From an uncultured candidatus Porisulfidus sp. (GTDB lineage: Bacteria; Pseudomonadota; Gammaproteobacteria; Poriferisulfidales; Poriferisulfidaceae), in the NCBI GenBank assembly GCA_965214545.1, contig OZ243950.1, positions 247,764 through 311,763 of the forward strand: a DNA stretch of 64,000 bases. Direction: 5' to 3'. The notes beneath the pieces are model-generated. The model was not told where the DNA came from, did no database searches, and saw nothing but the letters and a program-made list of their open reading frames with translations. Below are positions 27,786-37,234 of this stretch, piece by piece. Both the position numbers and the translations under genes were made by a program. Every line of letters starts with the position of its first letter. Position 1 is the first letter of the stretch.

Positions 27786-28229
27786 ATGGACTGGACCCCT
27801 CATCTGACAGTTGCCGCGATCGCCGAGCGGGAGGGCCGGTTTCTGCTGGTCGAAGAACAGGTCGGTGGAGCGCTTGTCGTGAACCAGCCCGCCGGGCACC
27901 TGGATGCCAATGAATCCCTGATGCAGGGTTGCGTACGGGAAACGCTTGAGGAAGCCGCTTGGGATTTCAGCCCGGAGGCCCTGGTCGGCATCTACCAATA
28001 CTGCCCGCCCGATTCGCCTCACATGTACCTGCGGTTCGCGTTCTGCGGCCGCCTGCTCCAGGAATATCCGGAGCAGGATCTGGACGACACGATCGTCCGC
28101 ACCCTCTGGATGACGCGAGACGAGATCGCGGCCTTGGCGGAACATCAGCGGCGCAGCCCGATGGTGCTGCAATGCGTCGACGACTACCTGGCCGGGTTCC
28201 GCCACCCGCTTTCGCTGATCTCTTCCTAA
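27786..28229 (+). CDS. NUDIX hydrolase
   Basis: 147 aa with the Nudix box GHLDANESLMQGCVRETLEEAAW. Confidence 0.85.
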   Translation: MDWTPHLTVAAIAEREGRFLLVEEQVGGALVVNQPAGHLDANESLMQGCVRETLEEAAWDFSPEALVGIYQYCPPDSPHMYLRFAFCGRLLQEYPEQDLDDTIVRTLWMTRDEIAALAEHQRRSPMVLQCVDDYLAGFRHPLSLISS

Positions 28230-28241
28230 TCGGATTCCGCG

Positions 28242-29330
28242 ATGGCGGCACGCATACTGATCGGACTGTCCGGCGGCGTCGATTCGGCTGTCGCGGCCTG
28301 GAAATTGCGCGAAAGCGGCATCGAAGTCGAGGCCGTGTTCATGAAGAACTGGGAAGAGGACGACACCGAAGAATATTGCGCGGCGGCAGCGGACTTGGCG
28401 GATGCCCGGGCCGTCTGCGACAGGCTCGACCTCCGACTGCACACCGTCAATTTCTCCACGGAATACTGGGACCGGGTGTTCCAGGTTTTTCTGACCGAAT
28501 ATTCGGCCGGACGCACACCCAATCCGGACATCCTGTGCAACCGGGAGATCAAGTTCCGGGCATTCCTGGATCATGCCCGGACGCTGGGCGTGGAGCGCAT
28601 CGCCACCGGCCACTATGCGGGCATTCGGTTTCGGGGGGTGACGCCCGAGCTGATCCAGTCCGGAGATCCGGATAAGGACCAGACCTATTTCCTTCACCGC
28701 CTGGACCGGGATCAACTGACCGCGGCGCACTTCCCCCTGCAGGCCATGACCAAGGGGGAGGTCCGGGAGCAAGCACGCCGGATCGGGCTCCCGGTGCATG
28801 ACAAGAAAGACAGCACCGGTATCTGCTTCATCGGCGAGCGACGGTTTCAGGATTTCCTGGCGAACTACATCCCGGCCCGGCCCGGCCCGATTGTCGACCC
28901 TTCCGGGCGTGAGCTCGGCCAGCACCCAGGGCTGGCATTCCAGACGATCGGTCAACGCACCGGCCTCGGCATCGGGGGCGTTGCCGGCCGAGGCGAAGGC
29001 CCCTGGTATGTCGTCGGCAAGGACCTGGAAAGCGGCCGATTGACCGTGACCCAGGACCGCAACCATCCGGCTCTGAATGTGCGTGTCCTGGAAATTGAAT
29101 CCCCGCACTGGATTGCCGGCGAACCGCCCGAAGAAGCCGCGCTCAAGGCGCGGATCCGTCATCGCCAGCCCCTGCAGGATTGTCGACTGGAATCAAACGG
29201 AGCGGCTTGGCGGGTTTCCTTCACGCATCCCCAGTGGGCGCCAGCCGCAGGGCAATCGGTGGTGTTCTACCTTGGTGAAGTCTGCCTCGGCGGGGGCGTG
29301 ATCCTGGAGGCACACCCTAGCCAACCATAA
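28242..29330 (+). CDS. mnmA: tRNA 2-thiouridine(34) synthase
   Basis: 362 aa with the PP-loop SGGVDSAVAA, NPDILCN, and conserved Cys context (GICFIGE). Confidence 0.95.
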   Translation: MAARILIGLSGGVDSAVAAWKLRESGIEVEAVFMKNWEEDDTEEYCAAAADLADARAVCDRLDLRLHTVNFSTEYWDRVFQVFLTEYSAGRTPNPDILCNREIKFRAFLDHARTLGVERIATGHYAGIRFRGVTPELIQSGDPDKDQTYFLHRLDRDQLTAAHFPLQAMTKGEVREQARRIGLPVHDKKDSTGICFIGERRFQDFLANYIPARPGPIVDPSGRELGQHPGLAFQTIGQRTGLGIGGVAGRGEGPWYVVGKDLESGRLTVTQDRNHPALNVRVLEIESPHWIAGEPPEEAALKARIRHRQPLQDCRLESNGAAWRVSFTHPQWAPAAGQSVVFYLGEVCLGGGVILEAHPSQP

Positions 29331-29472
29331 CCTCAGCATGGACCCTGCTTTACAACCCATTCAACATCAGCCCAAGGAGGAGCCAAATCACATCTTCCTG
29401 ATGTGGAGCTCTCTCGAGGGTGGCCTTAGAGTGACCGGTGACAGTGACAACAACATTTTGGACTTGGACTAC

Positions 29473-30519
29473 TCACTTCTCTGAGAAACCTGCATCGTAT
29501 TTTGTTTTTTTGATCATTTTTTCTATCTCCGAATTTGTGCAGATCGGGATGAGTTTAATTTCAGGATGTCGTGAAGCAAACACGCGGAAAATTTCATCGG
29601 CAAATGCTGGCCCAATAGTATCCACTCCCTGAAAATCAAAGAGGACCGTTTTGAACCGGTCCACATGCGCTAACAACCGCTTGGCCTGTGATCGGGAAAT
29701 TAGCCCGTCTTCACCGAATTGCGCCATCCGGACCGGAACAACCGTTTTTATAAATTCAACGCCATCCTCAGATGAGAATTTAACAAAAATCTCTTTCGAT
29801 GTTCTCGCTGTCTTATTCTTCAGTTTCATGAAAATAGACGTTTCACCCAAATCATAGTCTCTTTCCAGGATCCAACCTTCTTCCTCTCCAAACGCATGAG
29901 AGAAATAGACACCACCAGAAAGAATATCAAATTCATCAAACATTCGGGATGTAAAGAAAATGCCTTCCCCGGTATGGTTTCCAGGGTCTGTCGTGACCTT
30001 GCCTTTTGACAGTTCTAGAATTGCGTGTCGTTCGTCCAGCAAACCCAACTCTCTTTGTATTTTTTTGAAAATGCCACACCCATCATCAAGAATCCGCATT
30101 TCTGTGGCAACGATGGTTTTAATAATCCCAACCTGGATCGTGCCGCCTTCAGAGTGGTCTATAGCGTTATTGAACATTTCGTTGAAGCCGTAGTACCAAA
30201 TATTCATCGTGTTTTCAGGTAGTGTGCCTAACTGGTTTCGTATGTCCTTTGTCCACACGACATCTTCTGCCAATCCTGTTTCTATCTTGTAACTGTTATA
30301 CCATTCGGATAGTGTGGCAAGCCGGTACTGAGTCGCGCGAGTATTGCCAAACTGTTCGAGGACCCCCTCTTTGCAAAGTCGTTGTAGGTGCTTGTTTACT
30401 GCTTGACGGGATATTCCAAATCGCTCCGCCGTTGCCTTCGCTACGCCTTTCGGCGACTTCCCGACTTGGTCAAGAATAAAGTGCCTAACTTTCTCCCCTT
30501 GGATACGAATCGCGGCCAT
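29473..30519 (-). CDS. fusion protein: winged-HTH + small GHKL (RsbW/SpoIIAB-like) ATPase/kinase + STAS-like (DUF4325-like) C-terminal domain
   Basis: 348 aa from ATG 30519 (AGGAGG upstream). HTH segment AERFGISRQAVNKHLQRLCKEGVL. Bergerat boxes are N (EMFNNAIDHSEG), G1 (LDDGCGIF) and G2 (HTGEGIFFTS). The C-terminal segment is VLFDFQGVDTIGPAFADEIFRVF. The patch is AT-rich (the line starting 29761 has 22/60 G+C). Confidence 0.6.
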   Translation of the reverse strand: MAAIRIQGEKVRHFILDQVGKSPKGVAKATAERFGISRQAVNKHLQRLCKEGVLEQFGNTRATQYRLATLSEWYNSYKIETGLAEDVVWTKDIRNQLGTLPENTMNIWYYGFNEMFNNAIDHSEGGTIQVGIIKTIVATEMRILDDGCGIFKKIQRELGLLDERHAILELSKGKVTTDPGNHTGEGIFFTSRMFDEFDILSGGVYFSHAFGEEEGWILERDYDLGETSIFMKLKNKTARTSKEIFVKFSSEDGVEFIKTVVPVRMAQFGEDGLISRSQAKRLLAHVDRFKTVLFDFQGVDTIGPAFADEIFRVFASRHPEIKLIPICTNSEIEKMIKKTKYDAGFSEK

Positions 30520-30565
30520 GACTGCCCTCCTTTTCCATCCGTATTGCAAACCTTTCTGGAATATA

Positions 30566-30632
30566 TTGTCAACCTATGTACGCATTTTGTCAACCTTAGA
30601 TCTTGTATCCATGCAGCTTTGCATTGACAATG
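30566..30632. promoter_or_regulatory. repeat cluster in the promoter of the HTH-GHKL-STAS gene: two direct copies of TTGTCAACCT 21 bp apart, plus the palindrome CATTGACAATG
   Basis: The direct copies are at 30566..30575 and 30587..30596, and the palindrome is at 30622..30632. On the gene strand the repeats read TTGACA, and the 30587 copy gives TTGACA - 17 nt - GACAAT. Confidence 0.35.
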
Positions 30633-30765
30633 ACCTTCGGTTTGGACTCTTGGGGGGCATCGCGAGCGGTTTCATGCGAAAATAGAGCCTCGCTAACGCC
30701 TGCCTCGGCGGGAAGAGTGCTGAGATTAAACTTCAGTCAAGGAAAAACCTATAAATTACAACACT

Positions 30766-33438
30766 ATGAAAAACAGTTTCAATACAAAATCTACGCTCAA
30801 GGTGGGCGAGGAAACCTATCAAATTCACCGGCTGGCTGACCTGGAGGGCGCCCGTCGCCTCCCATTCTCGCTGAAGATCCTCCTGGAGAACCTGTTGCGC
30901 CACGAGGATGGCCGCACGGTGACTTCGGACGACATTCAGGCCCTGCTGGACTGGGATCCCTCCGCCGAGGCCAGCCAGGAGATCGCATTCCGCCCTGCCC
31001 GCGTGCTGATGCAGGACTTCACCGGGGTCCCCGCCGTGGTTGACCTCGCCGCCATGCGTGACGCCATGGGCGTACTCGGCGGCAATCCGGAACGAATCAA
31101 TCCCCTGCAACCGGCCGAGTTGGTCATTGACCACTCGGTCCAAGTCGACCAATTCGCCAGTGACCAGGCGTTCGGCCTCAACGCAAAACTGGAATTCGAT
31201 CGCAATCGGGAGCGCTACCAGTTCCTCAAATGGGGCCAAAGCGCCTTCAGCAACTTCAAGGTCGTGCCGCCGGACACCGGCATCGTGCACCAGGTCAACC
31301 TCGAATACCTGGCTCGCGTGGTGTTCGCACAGGAACGCGACGGCGTGCTGGAAGCTTATCCCGACACGCTGGTCGGCACCGATTCCCACACGACGATGAT
31401 CAACGGCATTGGGGTCTTGGGCTGGGGCGTCGGCGGCATTGAGGCGGAGGCCTCCATGCTGGGGCAACCGATTTCCATGCTCATTCCACGTGTCGTCGGT
31501 TTCCAGTTGACCGGCAGCCTGCCGGAAGGTGCGACGGGCACGGACCTGGTGTTGACCATCGTCCAGATGCTGCGGGAACACGGCGTAGTCGGAAAGTTTG
31601 TCGAGTTCCACGGCGACGGCCTGGACCAACTGTCTATCGGAGATCGCGCCACCATCGCCAATATGGCGCCCGAATACGGGGCGACCTGCGGGCTGTTCCC
31701 GATCGATGCCGAAACGGTCAACTACCTGCGCCTGACCGGTCGGGACGAACACTTGTCGGACCGGGTCGAGGCCTATGCGAAGGAACAGGGAATGTGGCGC
31801 GAGGCCGGCGATGCGCCGGTCGTGTACAGCGAATCCCTTAGCTTGGATCTCGCCTTGATCGAGCCGAGCCTGGCCGGGCCCAAGCGGCCCCAGGACCGGG
31901 TACCGCTGCGCGAAGCGGCATCACAATTCCAGCTCCGCCTAGAAGAGATCAACCAGGCGCGCAACAAGTCGCCACAGGCAGACTTGGAAGTCGAGATCGA
32001 CGGGCAAGCCTGCACCGTAGGCGACGGGCTGGTGGCCATCGCCGCCATCACCTCCTGCACGAACACGTCGAATCCGTCTGTCATGGTGGCCGCCGGGCTG
32101 GTCGCGAAGAAAGCCATGGAGCGGGGGTTGAAAGCCCGCCCCTGGGTCAAGACGTCCCTGGCCCCGGGTTCGCGCGTGGTGACGGACTACCTGGAACGGG
32201 CTGATTTGATGGACGCCCTGAAACAGCTGGGCTTTCACCTGGTCGGCTATGGCTGCACCACCTGCATCGGCAATTCCGGGCCTCTGCCGGAACAGGTCTC
32301 GAAGATCATCCGGGACAACGACTTGACCGCCGTGGCCGTGCTGTCCGGAAACCGGAACTTTGAAGGACGGATTCATGCCCAGGTCCTGATGAACTACCTG
32401 GCCTCGCCGCCTTTGGTGGTCGCGTATGCCCTCGCCGGGCGGATGGATCTGGACCTGTACCGGGAGCCATTGGCCACAACCCCGCAGGGCGAGCCGGTCT
32501 ACCTGAAGGATCTCTGGCCAACCCAGCACGAAATTGCGGAAGTCATGGGAAGCGCGTTGGATGCCGGACAATTCCGGTCAAGCTACCAGAATGTATTCCA
32601 GGGCGACGATCATTGGGCGGGTCTGGAGAGCGTATCGAGTGGCCTCTACGAGTGGCCTGATTCGACGTACGTGTCGCACCCCCCCTACTTCGAGGACCTG
32701 TCCATGGACGTGGCAAACCCCGTCGACATCCAAGGCGCACGGATCCTCGCCCACCTCGGCGATTCGGTGACGACCGACCACATCTCGCCTGCCGGCGCCA
32801 TCGCCGAAGACAGCCCGGCCGGGCGCTACCTGGTCGAACGCGGAGTACTGCCGGCGGACTTCAATTCCTATGGATCGCGTCGCGGCAACCACGAAGTGAT
32901 GATGCGCGGGACCTTTGCCAACATCCGGCTGCGGAACCGCTTAGCCAACGGCGTTGAAGGTGGGGTGACCCGGCACCTGCCGGACGGCGAACTGATGTCG
33001 ATCTTCGATGCGGCCATGAAATATCGTGAGGAAGGAATCCCGCTGATTGTGCTGGCGGGCAAAGAATACGGCTGTGGCTCATCCCGCGACTGGGCGGCCA
33101 AGGGCCCGCGGCTGCAAGGCGTGCGCGCCGTGATTGCGGAGAGCTACGAGCGGATCCACCGGTCGAACCTGATCGGCATGGGGATCCTGCCCTTGCAGTT
33201 CCAGCCGGAAGAAAATGCCGAATCGCTCGGGCTGACCGGCGAAGAAGTCTTCGACATTCTTGGTCTCGATGCGGCCAGCAAGCCGGGAGGGAAACTGAAG
33301 GTGACGGCGGCTTCCGTCGATAACGGAGGCGCGACGAAGACGTTTGAGGTGGCCGTGCGTATCGACACCCCGCAGGAGTCGGAATACTACCGGCATGGGG
33401 GAATCCTGCATTATGTCCTGCGCCAGCTGGCTGCCTGA
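30766..33438 (+). CDS. acnA: aconitate hydratase A
   Basis: 890 aa with the AcnA/IRP family pattern throughout (DSHTTMINGIGVLGWGVGGIEAE, CTTCIGNSG, SGNRNFEGR). Confidence 0.95.
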   Translation: MKNSFNTKSTLKVGEETYQIHRLADLEGARRLPFSLKILLENLLRHEDGRTVTSDDIQALLDWDPSAEASQEIAFRPARVLMQDFTGVPAVVDLAAMRDAMGVLGGNPERINPLQPAELVIDHSVQVDQFASDQAFGLNAKLEFDRNRERYQFLKWGQSAFSNFKVVPPDTGIVHQVNLEYLARVVFAQERDGVLEAYPDTLVGTDSHTTMINGIGVLGWGVGGIEAEASMLGQPISMLIPRVVGFQLTGSLPEGATGTDLVLTIVQMLREHGVVGKFVEFHGDGLDQLSIGDRATIANMAPEYGATCGLFPIDAETVNYLRLTGRDEHLSDRVEAYAKEQGMWREAGDAPVVYSESLSLDLALIEPSLAGPKRPQDRVPLREAASQFQLRLEEINQARNKSPQADLEVEIDGQACTVGDGLVAIAAITSCTNTSNPSVMVAAGLVAKKAMERGLKARPWVKTSLAPGSRVVTDYLERADLMDALKQLGFHLVGYGCTTCIGNSGPLPEQVSKIIRDNDLTAVAVLSGNRNFEGRIHAQVLMNYLASPPLVVAYALAGRMDLDLYREPLATTPQGEPVYLKDLWPTQHEIAEVMGSALDAGQFRSSYQNVFQGDDHWAGLESVSSGLYEWPDSTYVSHPPYFEDLSMDVANPVDIQGARILAHLGDSVTTDHISPAGAIAEDSPAGRYLVERGVLPADFNSYGSRRGNHEVMMRGTFANIRLRNRLANGVEGGVTRHLPDGELMSIFDAAMKYREEGIPLIVLAGKEYGCGSSRDWAAKGPRLQGVRAVIAESYERIHRSNLIGMGILPLQFQPEENAESLGLTGEEVFDILGLDAASKPGGKLKVTAASVDNGGATKTFEVAVRIDTPQESEYYRHGGILHYVLRQLAA

Positions 33439-33494
33439 AGCATCCATACCCGAGTCAGGCCACCCGGGCAAGGCGGCCGCATTTTGCGTGGCGT

Positions 33495-34865
33495 CTATTT
33501 CTGGATGCCGCCGCGGGTCAGCGCCCTCGGGTCCAGGAGACGTTTCAGTTCCTCCTCGGACAAGTCGGTCTGTTCCCGTGCCACGTCAATGACCGGGCGC
33601 CCTTCCGCGTAAGCCTGCTTGGCGATCGCCGCCCCCTTCTCGTAACCGATCACGGTGTTCAATGCCGTCACCAGAATCGGGTTTCTTTCGAGGGATTCCT
33701 GCAAGACGGCCTCGTTGACGGTGAAGCCGGAGATGGCCTGATCGGCCAGCAGACGTGAAGAATTAGAAAGTAATTCAATGCTTTGCAGTAAGTTGTAAGC
33801 AATCACTGGCAGCATGACGTTGAGTTGGAAACTGCCCGACTGCCCGGCCACGGCAACCGTCGCGTCGTTTCCCATCACCTGGGCGGCCACCATCGCCGTG
33901 GCTTCCGGGATCACCGGATTGACCTTGCCCGGCATGATGCTGCTGCCCGGCTGCAGGGCCGGCAGCGCGATTTCACCCAAGCCTGCCAAGGGCCCGGAAT
34001 TCATCCAGCGCAGGTCGTTGGCAATCTTCATCAGGCTGACGGCCACCGTGCGCAACTGCCCGCTGAGCTCCACGGCCGTGTCCTGGGCCGCCAGCCCTTC
34101 GAACTTGTCCGGTTTGGATTGAAAGTCCAGCGACGTGTTGCTTCGGATCGATTGGATGAAGGCCTCCTCGAACCCTTCCGGGGCGTTGATGCCGCTGCCC
34201 ACCGCCGTCCCTCCCTGCGCCAGTTCCAGCACGCGGGGCAGCGTCGCCTCGACGCGCTCGATGCCATAGCGGACCTGACTGGCCCACGCGCCGACTTCCT
34301 GTGACATCCGCACCGGCATCGCATCCATCAGGTGCGTCCGCCCGGTCTTGACCTGCCGGTCCAGGTCGGCCGCCTTGGTTTCGAGCGTTTCCTGCAAATG
34401 CCGCAAGGCCGGCAGCAACTGCTCGTGAATCGCCAGCGCGGCGCTGACATGCAGGACGGTGGGAATCACGTCGTTCGAGCTCTGGCTCATGTTGACGTGG
34501 TCGTTGGGATGTACGCCCGCCCCAGCCAGGTGGGCGATCACTTCGTTGGCATTCATGTTCGTGCTGGTCCCGGACCCGGTCTGGAACACGTCGACCGGGA
34601 ACTGCGTGTCATGCTGACCGCCCGCAACCTGCCGGGCCGCCTCGATGATGGCGTCGGCTTTCTCCTGTTCCAGCAAGCCCAGGGCCGCGTTGGCTTCTGC
34701 GCAAGCCTGCTTGACCAGGCCGAGCCCATAGAGGAAAGCGCGCGGCAAGGCCAGGCCGCTGATCGGGAAGTTTTCGATGGCCCGCTGGGTCTGCGCGCCA
34801 TACCGGGCATCTTCGGGGACCTGGATGTCCCCCATGCTGTCTTTTTCTGTTCGAGTGGAAGCCAT
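33495..34865 (-). CDS. fumC: class II fumarate hydratase
   Basis: 456 aa from ATG 34865 with signature GSSIMPGKVNP. The long N-terminal extension of the ORF was rejected. Confidence 0.95.
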   Translation of the reverse strand: MASTRTEKDSMGDIQVPEDARYGAQTQRAIENFPISGLALPRAFLYGLGLVKQACAEANAALGLLEQEKADAIIEAARQVAGGQHDTQFPVDVFQTGSGTSTNMNANEVIAHLAGAGVHPNDHVNMSQSSNDVIPTVLHVSAALAIHEQLLPALRHLQETLETKAADLDRQVKTGRTHLMDAMPVRMSQEVGAWASQVRYGIERVEATLPRVLELAQGGTAVGSGINAPEGFEEAFIQSIRSNTSLDFQSKPDKFEGLAAQDTAVELSGQLRTVAVSLMKIANDLRWMNSGPLAGLGEIALPALQPGSSIMPGKVNPVIPEATAMVAAQVMGNDATVAVAGQSGSFQLNVMLPVIAYNLLQSIELLSNSSRLLADQAISGFTVNEAVLQESLERNPILVTALNTVIGYEKGAAIAKQAYAEGRPVIDVAREQTDLSEEELKRLLDPRALTRGGIQK

Positions 34866-34936
34866 GTGTTCGCCAGGGAGTCTTTCGTGCCGGACAGTAT
34901 AATGAATGGGCCCATTTGTTGTAAGAGAGCGAGCGC

Positions 34937-36307
34937 TTGGATCTTTCGCCTTTGACTGCCCTGTCCCCGGTTGATGGGCGTTACCACACGACGACAGACG
35001 CGCGGCTGCGTCAGTTATTTTCTGAATTCGGCCTGATTCACCATCGTCTCGAAGTCGAGGTCGCATGGCTGTTGACCCTGTCCGATCATCCAGAGATTCT
35101 CGAGGTCCCCACCTTGTCCGATGCGGCCAAGGCACGCCTGCGGTCGCTGGTCGCGGCATTCTCTCCCGACCAGGCCCAGCAGGTCAAGGAGATCGAAAAG
35201 AAGACCAACCACGACGTCAAGGCTCTGGAGTATTTCCTTCGCGAAAGGCTGAAGGAAGACGAGGACCTGGCCGGACTGGAAGGCTTCATCCACTTTGCCT
35301 GCACCTCGTGGGACGTCAACCATCCGGCCTACGCCCTGATGCTCGACCGTGCCCGCACCGAGGTCGTGTTGCCCGCGCTGGAGCGCCTTGAGCAAAAGAT
35401 CCAGAACATGGCCCATGAATATGCGCAGGCCCCGATGCTGTCGCGCACGCATGGCCAGCCCGCTTCGCCGACCACCGTCGGCAAGGAGCTCGCGGTGACG
35501 GTCGCCCGACTCCGGCGCCAACGGCACACCCTGCAAGGCATGCGCTTCCTGGGCAAGATGAATGGCGCCGTCGGCAACTACAACGCACACCTCGCGGCTT
35601 ACCCGGACATCGACTGGGTCGATCTTTCTGAAAAAGTCCTGGATTCGCTCGGGCTGGATTCGAATGCCTACACGACGCAAGTCGAACCCTACGACCAGTT
35701 CGCAGAATTCTTCCATTGCCTGATTCGCGTCAACAACCTGTTGACCGATTTCGCGCGGGACGTCTGGCAGTACATCTCCCTGGGCTACTTCCGGCAGAAA
35801 ACCAAAGCCGGCGAGGTTGGCTCCTCGACCATGCCGCACAAGGTCAACCCGATCGATTTCGAGAATGCGGAGGGCAACCTGGGGCTGGCCTGCGCCGAGC
35901 TGGACTACTATGCGAACAAATTGCCGATTTCACGCTTACAGCGCGATCTCAGCGATTCCACCGTGTTGCGGAACATGGGCGCAAGCTTGGCATGCAGCAC
36001 CAACGCCTATGCGGCGTTGGAGCGCGGTCTGGGCAAACTGGATGTGGACACGGCGCGGCTGGATGAGGACCTGGAGGCCTGTCCCGAGGTTTTGGCGGAA
36101 GCTGTCCAGACCGTCATGAAGCGATACGGCCTGCCAGATCCCTACGAACAACTCAAAGCGTTCACCCGAGGACAGCGCATTACTCAAGAGAGCCTGGATG
36201 AATTCATTTCAGGACTGGATTTGCCGGACGAAGCCAAGCAGCGATTATCGGAGATGACGCCGCGCGACTACATCGGTGCCGCAGCCGAGTTGGCCCGCCG
36301 AATCTAA
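34937..36307 (+). CDS. purB: adenylosuccinate lyase
   Basis: 456 aa. TTG start 34937 aligns residue-for-residue with the E. coli PurB N-terminus (.LS.LTA.SPVDGRY). Also SSTMPHKVNP. Confidence 0.9.
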   Translation: MDLSPLTALSPVDGRYHTTTDARLRQLFSEFGLIHHRLEVEVAWLLTLSDHPEILEVPTLSDAAKARLRSLVAAFSPDQAQQVKEIEKKTNHDVKALEYFLRERLKEDEDLAGLEGFIHFACTSWDVNHPAYALMLDRARTEVVLPALERLEQKIQNMAHEYAQAPMLSRTHGQPASPTTVGKELAVTVARLRRQRHTLQGMRFLGKMNGAVGNYNAHLAAYPDIDWVDLSEKVLDSLGLDSNAYTTQVEPYDQFAEFFHCLIRVNNLLTDFARDVWQYISLGYFRQKTKAGEVGSSTMPHKVNPIDFENAEGNLGLACAELDYYANKLPISRLQRDLSDSTVLRNMGASLACSTNAYAALERGLGKLDVDTARLDEDLEACPEVLAEAVQTVMKRYGLPDPYEQLKAFTRGQRITQESLDEFISGLDLPDEAKQRLSEMTPRDYIGAAAELARRI

Positions 36308-36346
36308 AGCCCTCCATGGGCTTGGCTGGATAGCCTCCAGATAGAC

Positions 36347-37201
36347 ATGCCGTCTTTAAGTTTCATCGACCACCCCTTGGTAGGCACACCGTACGGAACC
36401 GCTCTTGACCTTGCCATTGCCTTGGCGGCCGCTTGCTGGCTGCTCTCGGTCATCACCCGTGAATATTCGTGGGTCGACCGGATCTGGTCGGTGGCTCCCG
36501 CTGTTTTCTGCCTGCTGGTCGCTTCAGACGCGGATTTCGAGTCGCCCCGCCTGAACCTGATGACCGCCCTGGTCTGTCTCTGGGCAGTCCGCTTGACGTT
36601 CAACTACGCCCGCAAGGGAGGCTACCGGCCCGGCGGGGAGGATTACCGCTGGGCCTATCTGCGCGAGCGGGTCGGCCCCTTCGGGTTTCAGGTGTTCAAC
36701 CTCGTGATCCTCGCGCCGGTGCAGGTGTTCGTGATCTGGCTGTTCACCTCACCGATCCACCACGCCTGGGTTGCCATGGAGTCACCCCTGAACTGGCTGG
36801 ATGGGCTGGCGGCAACCCTGTTCATCCTGTTCTGGATCGGGGAAGCCTTTGCGGATCGGCAGGTATGGCGCTTTCAGCTGGAGAAAACCCTACGGCAGGC
36901 ACTCGACCTCCCGGTCGAGGCGCCGTTCCTCACGACCGGGCTGTTCCGGTTCTGCCGCCACCCGAATTTTTTCTGCGACCAGGGGATGTGGTGGGTGTTT
37001 TACGGGTTTGCCGTCGCCGCCACTGGATCTGTTTTCAACTGGAGCGGTTTCGGCTTTCTGGCGCTGAGCGCAATCTTTTTCTGCTCGACCCGGATTACCG
37101 AAGCCATTTCCGTCTCGCGCTACCCTTCCTACCGCGACTACCAAGCGGCGGTGCCCCGCCTGATTCCCTTCACCCGGCTGGGGTGTTTTTCCCGGCCCTG
37201 A
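36347..37201 (+). CDS. DUF1295 / steroid-5-alpha-reductase-like membrane protein
   Basis: 284 aa, polytopic, with the motif GLFRFCRHPNFF. Confidence 0.7.
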   Translation: MPSLSFIDHPLVGTPYGTALDLAIALAAACWLLSVITREYSWVDRIWSVAPAVFCLLVASDADFESPRLNLMTALVCLWAVRLTFNYARKGGYRPGGEDYRWAYLRERVGPFGFQVFNLVILAPVQVFVIWLFTSPIHHAWVAMESPLNWLDGLAATLFILFWIGEAFADRQVWRFQLEKTLRQALDLPVEAPFLTTGLFRFCRHPNFFCDQGMWWVFYGFAVAATGSVFNWSGFGFLALSAIFFCSTRITEAISVSRYPSYRDYQAAVPRLIPFTRLGCFSRP

Positions 37202-37234
37202 AGCCAGGCAGCCCCTGCACAGCGGGGCGAGCGC

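Noticed and set aside
27729-29162. 477-aa ORF on the minus strand
   Set aside because: It is antisense to the confidently identified NUDIX and mnmA genes. It has Arg/Gly/Pro-rich low-complexity composition, typical of shadow ORFs in high-GC DNA.
29457-29464. 8-mer tttggact shared by both flanks of the HTH-GHKL-STAS islet (also at 30641..30648), a possible target-site duplication
   Set aside because: One 8-mer match between flanks of about 140 and 245 nt is expected by chance roughly half the time. The match does not extend.
29338-29484. 48-codon ORF in the mnmA-proximal flank of the islet
   Set aside because: It has no RBS, it runs into the convergent gene's stop, and it has no recognisable features.
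30624-30629. Perfect TTGACA on the plus strand as a -35 for acnA
   Set aside because: There is no acceptable -10 at 16-19 nt spacing on the plus strand. The hexamer is better explained as part of the palindrome and repeat set.
30733-31752. 339-aa ORF on the minus strand
   Set aside because: It is antisense to acnA and is a shadow ORF.
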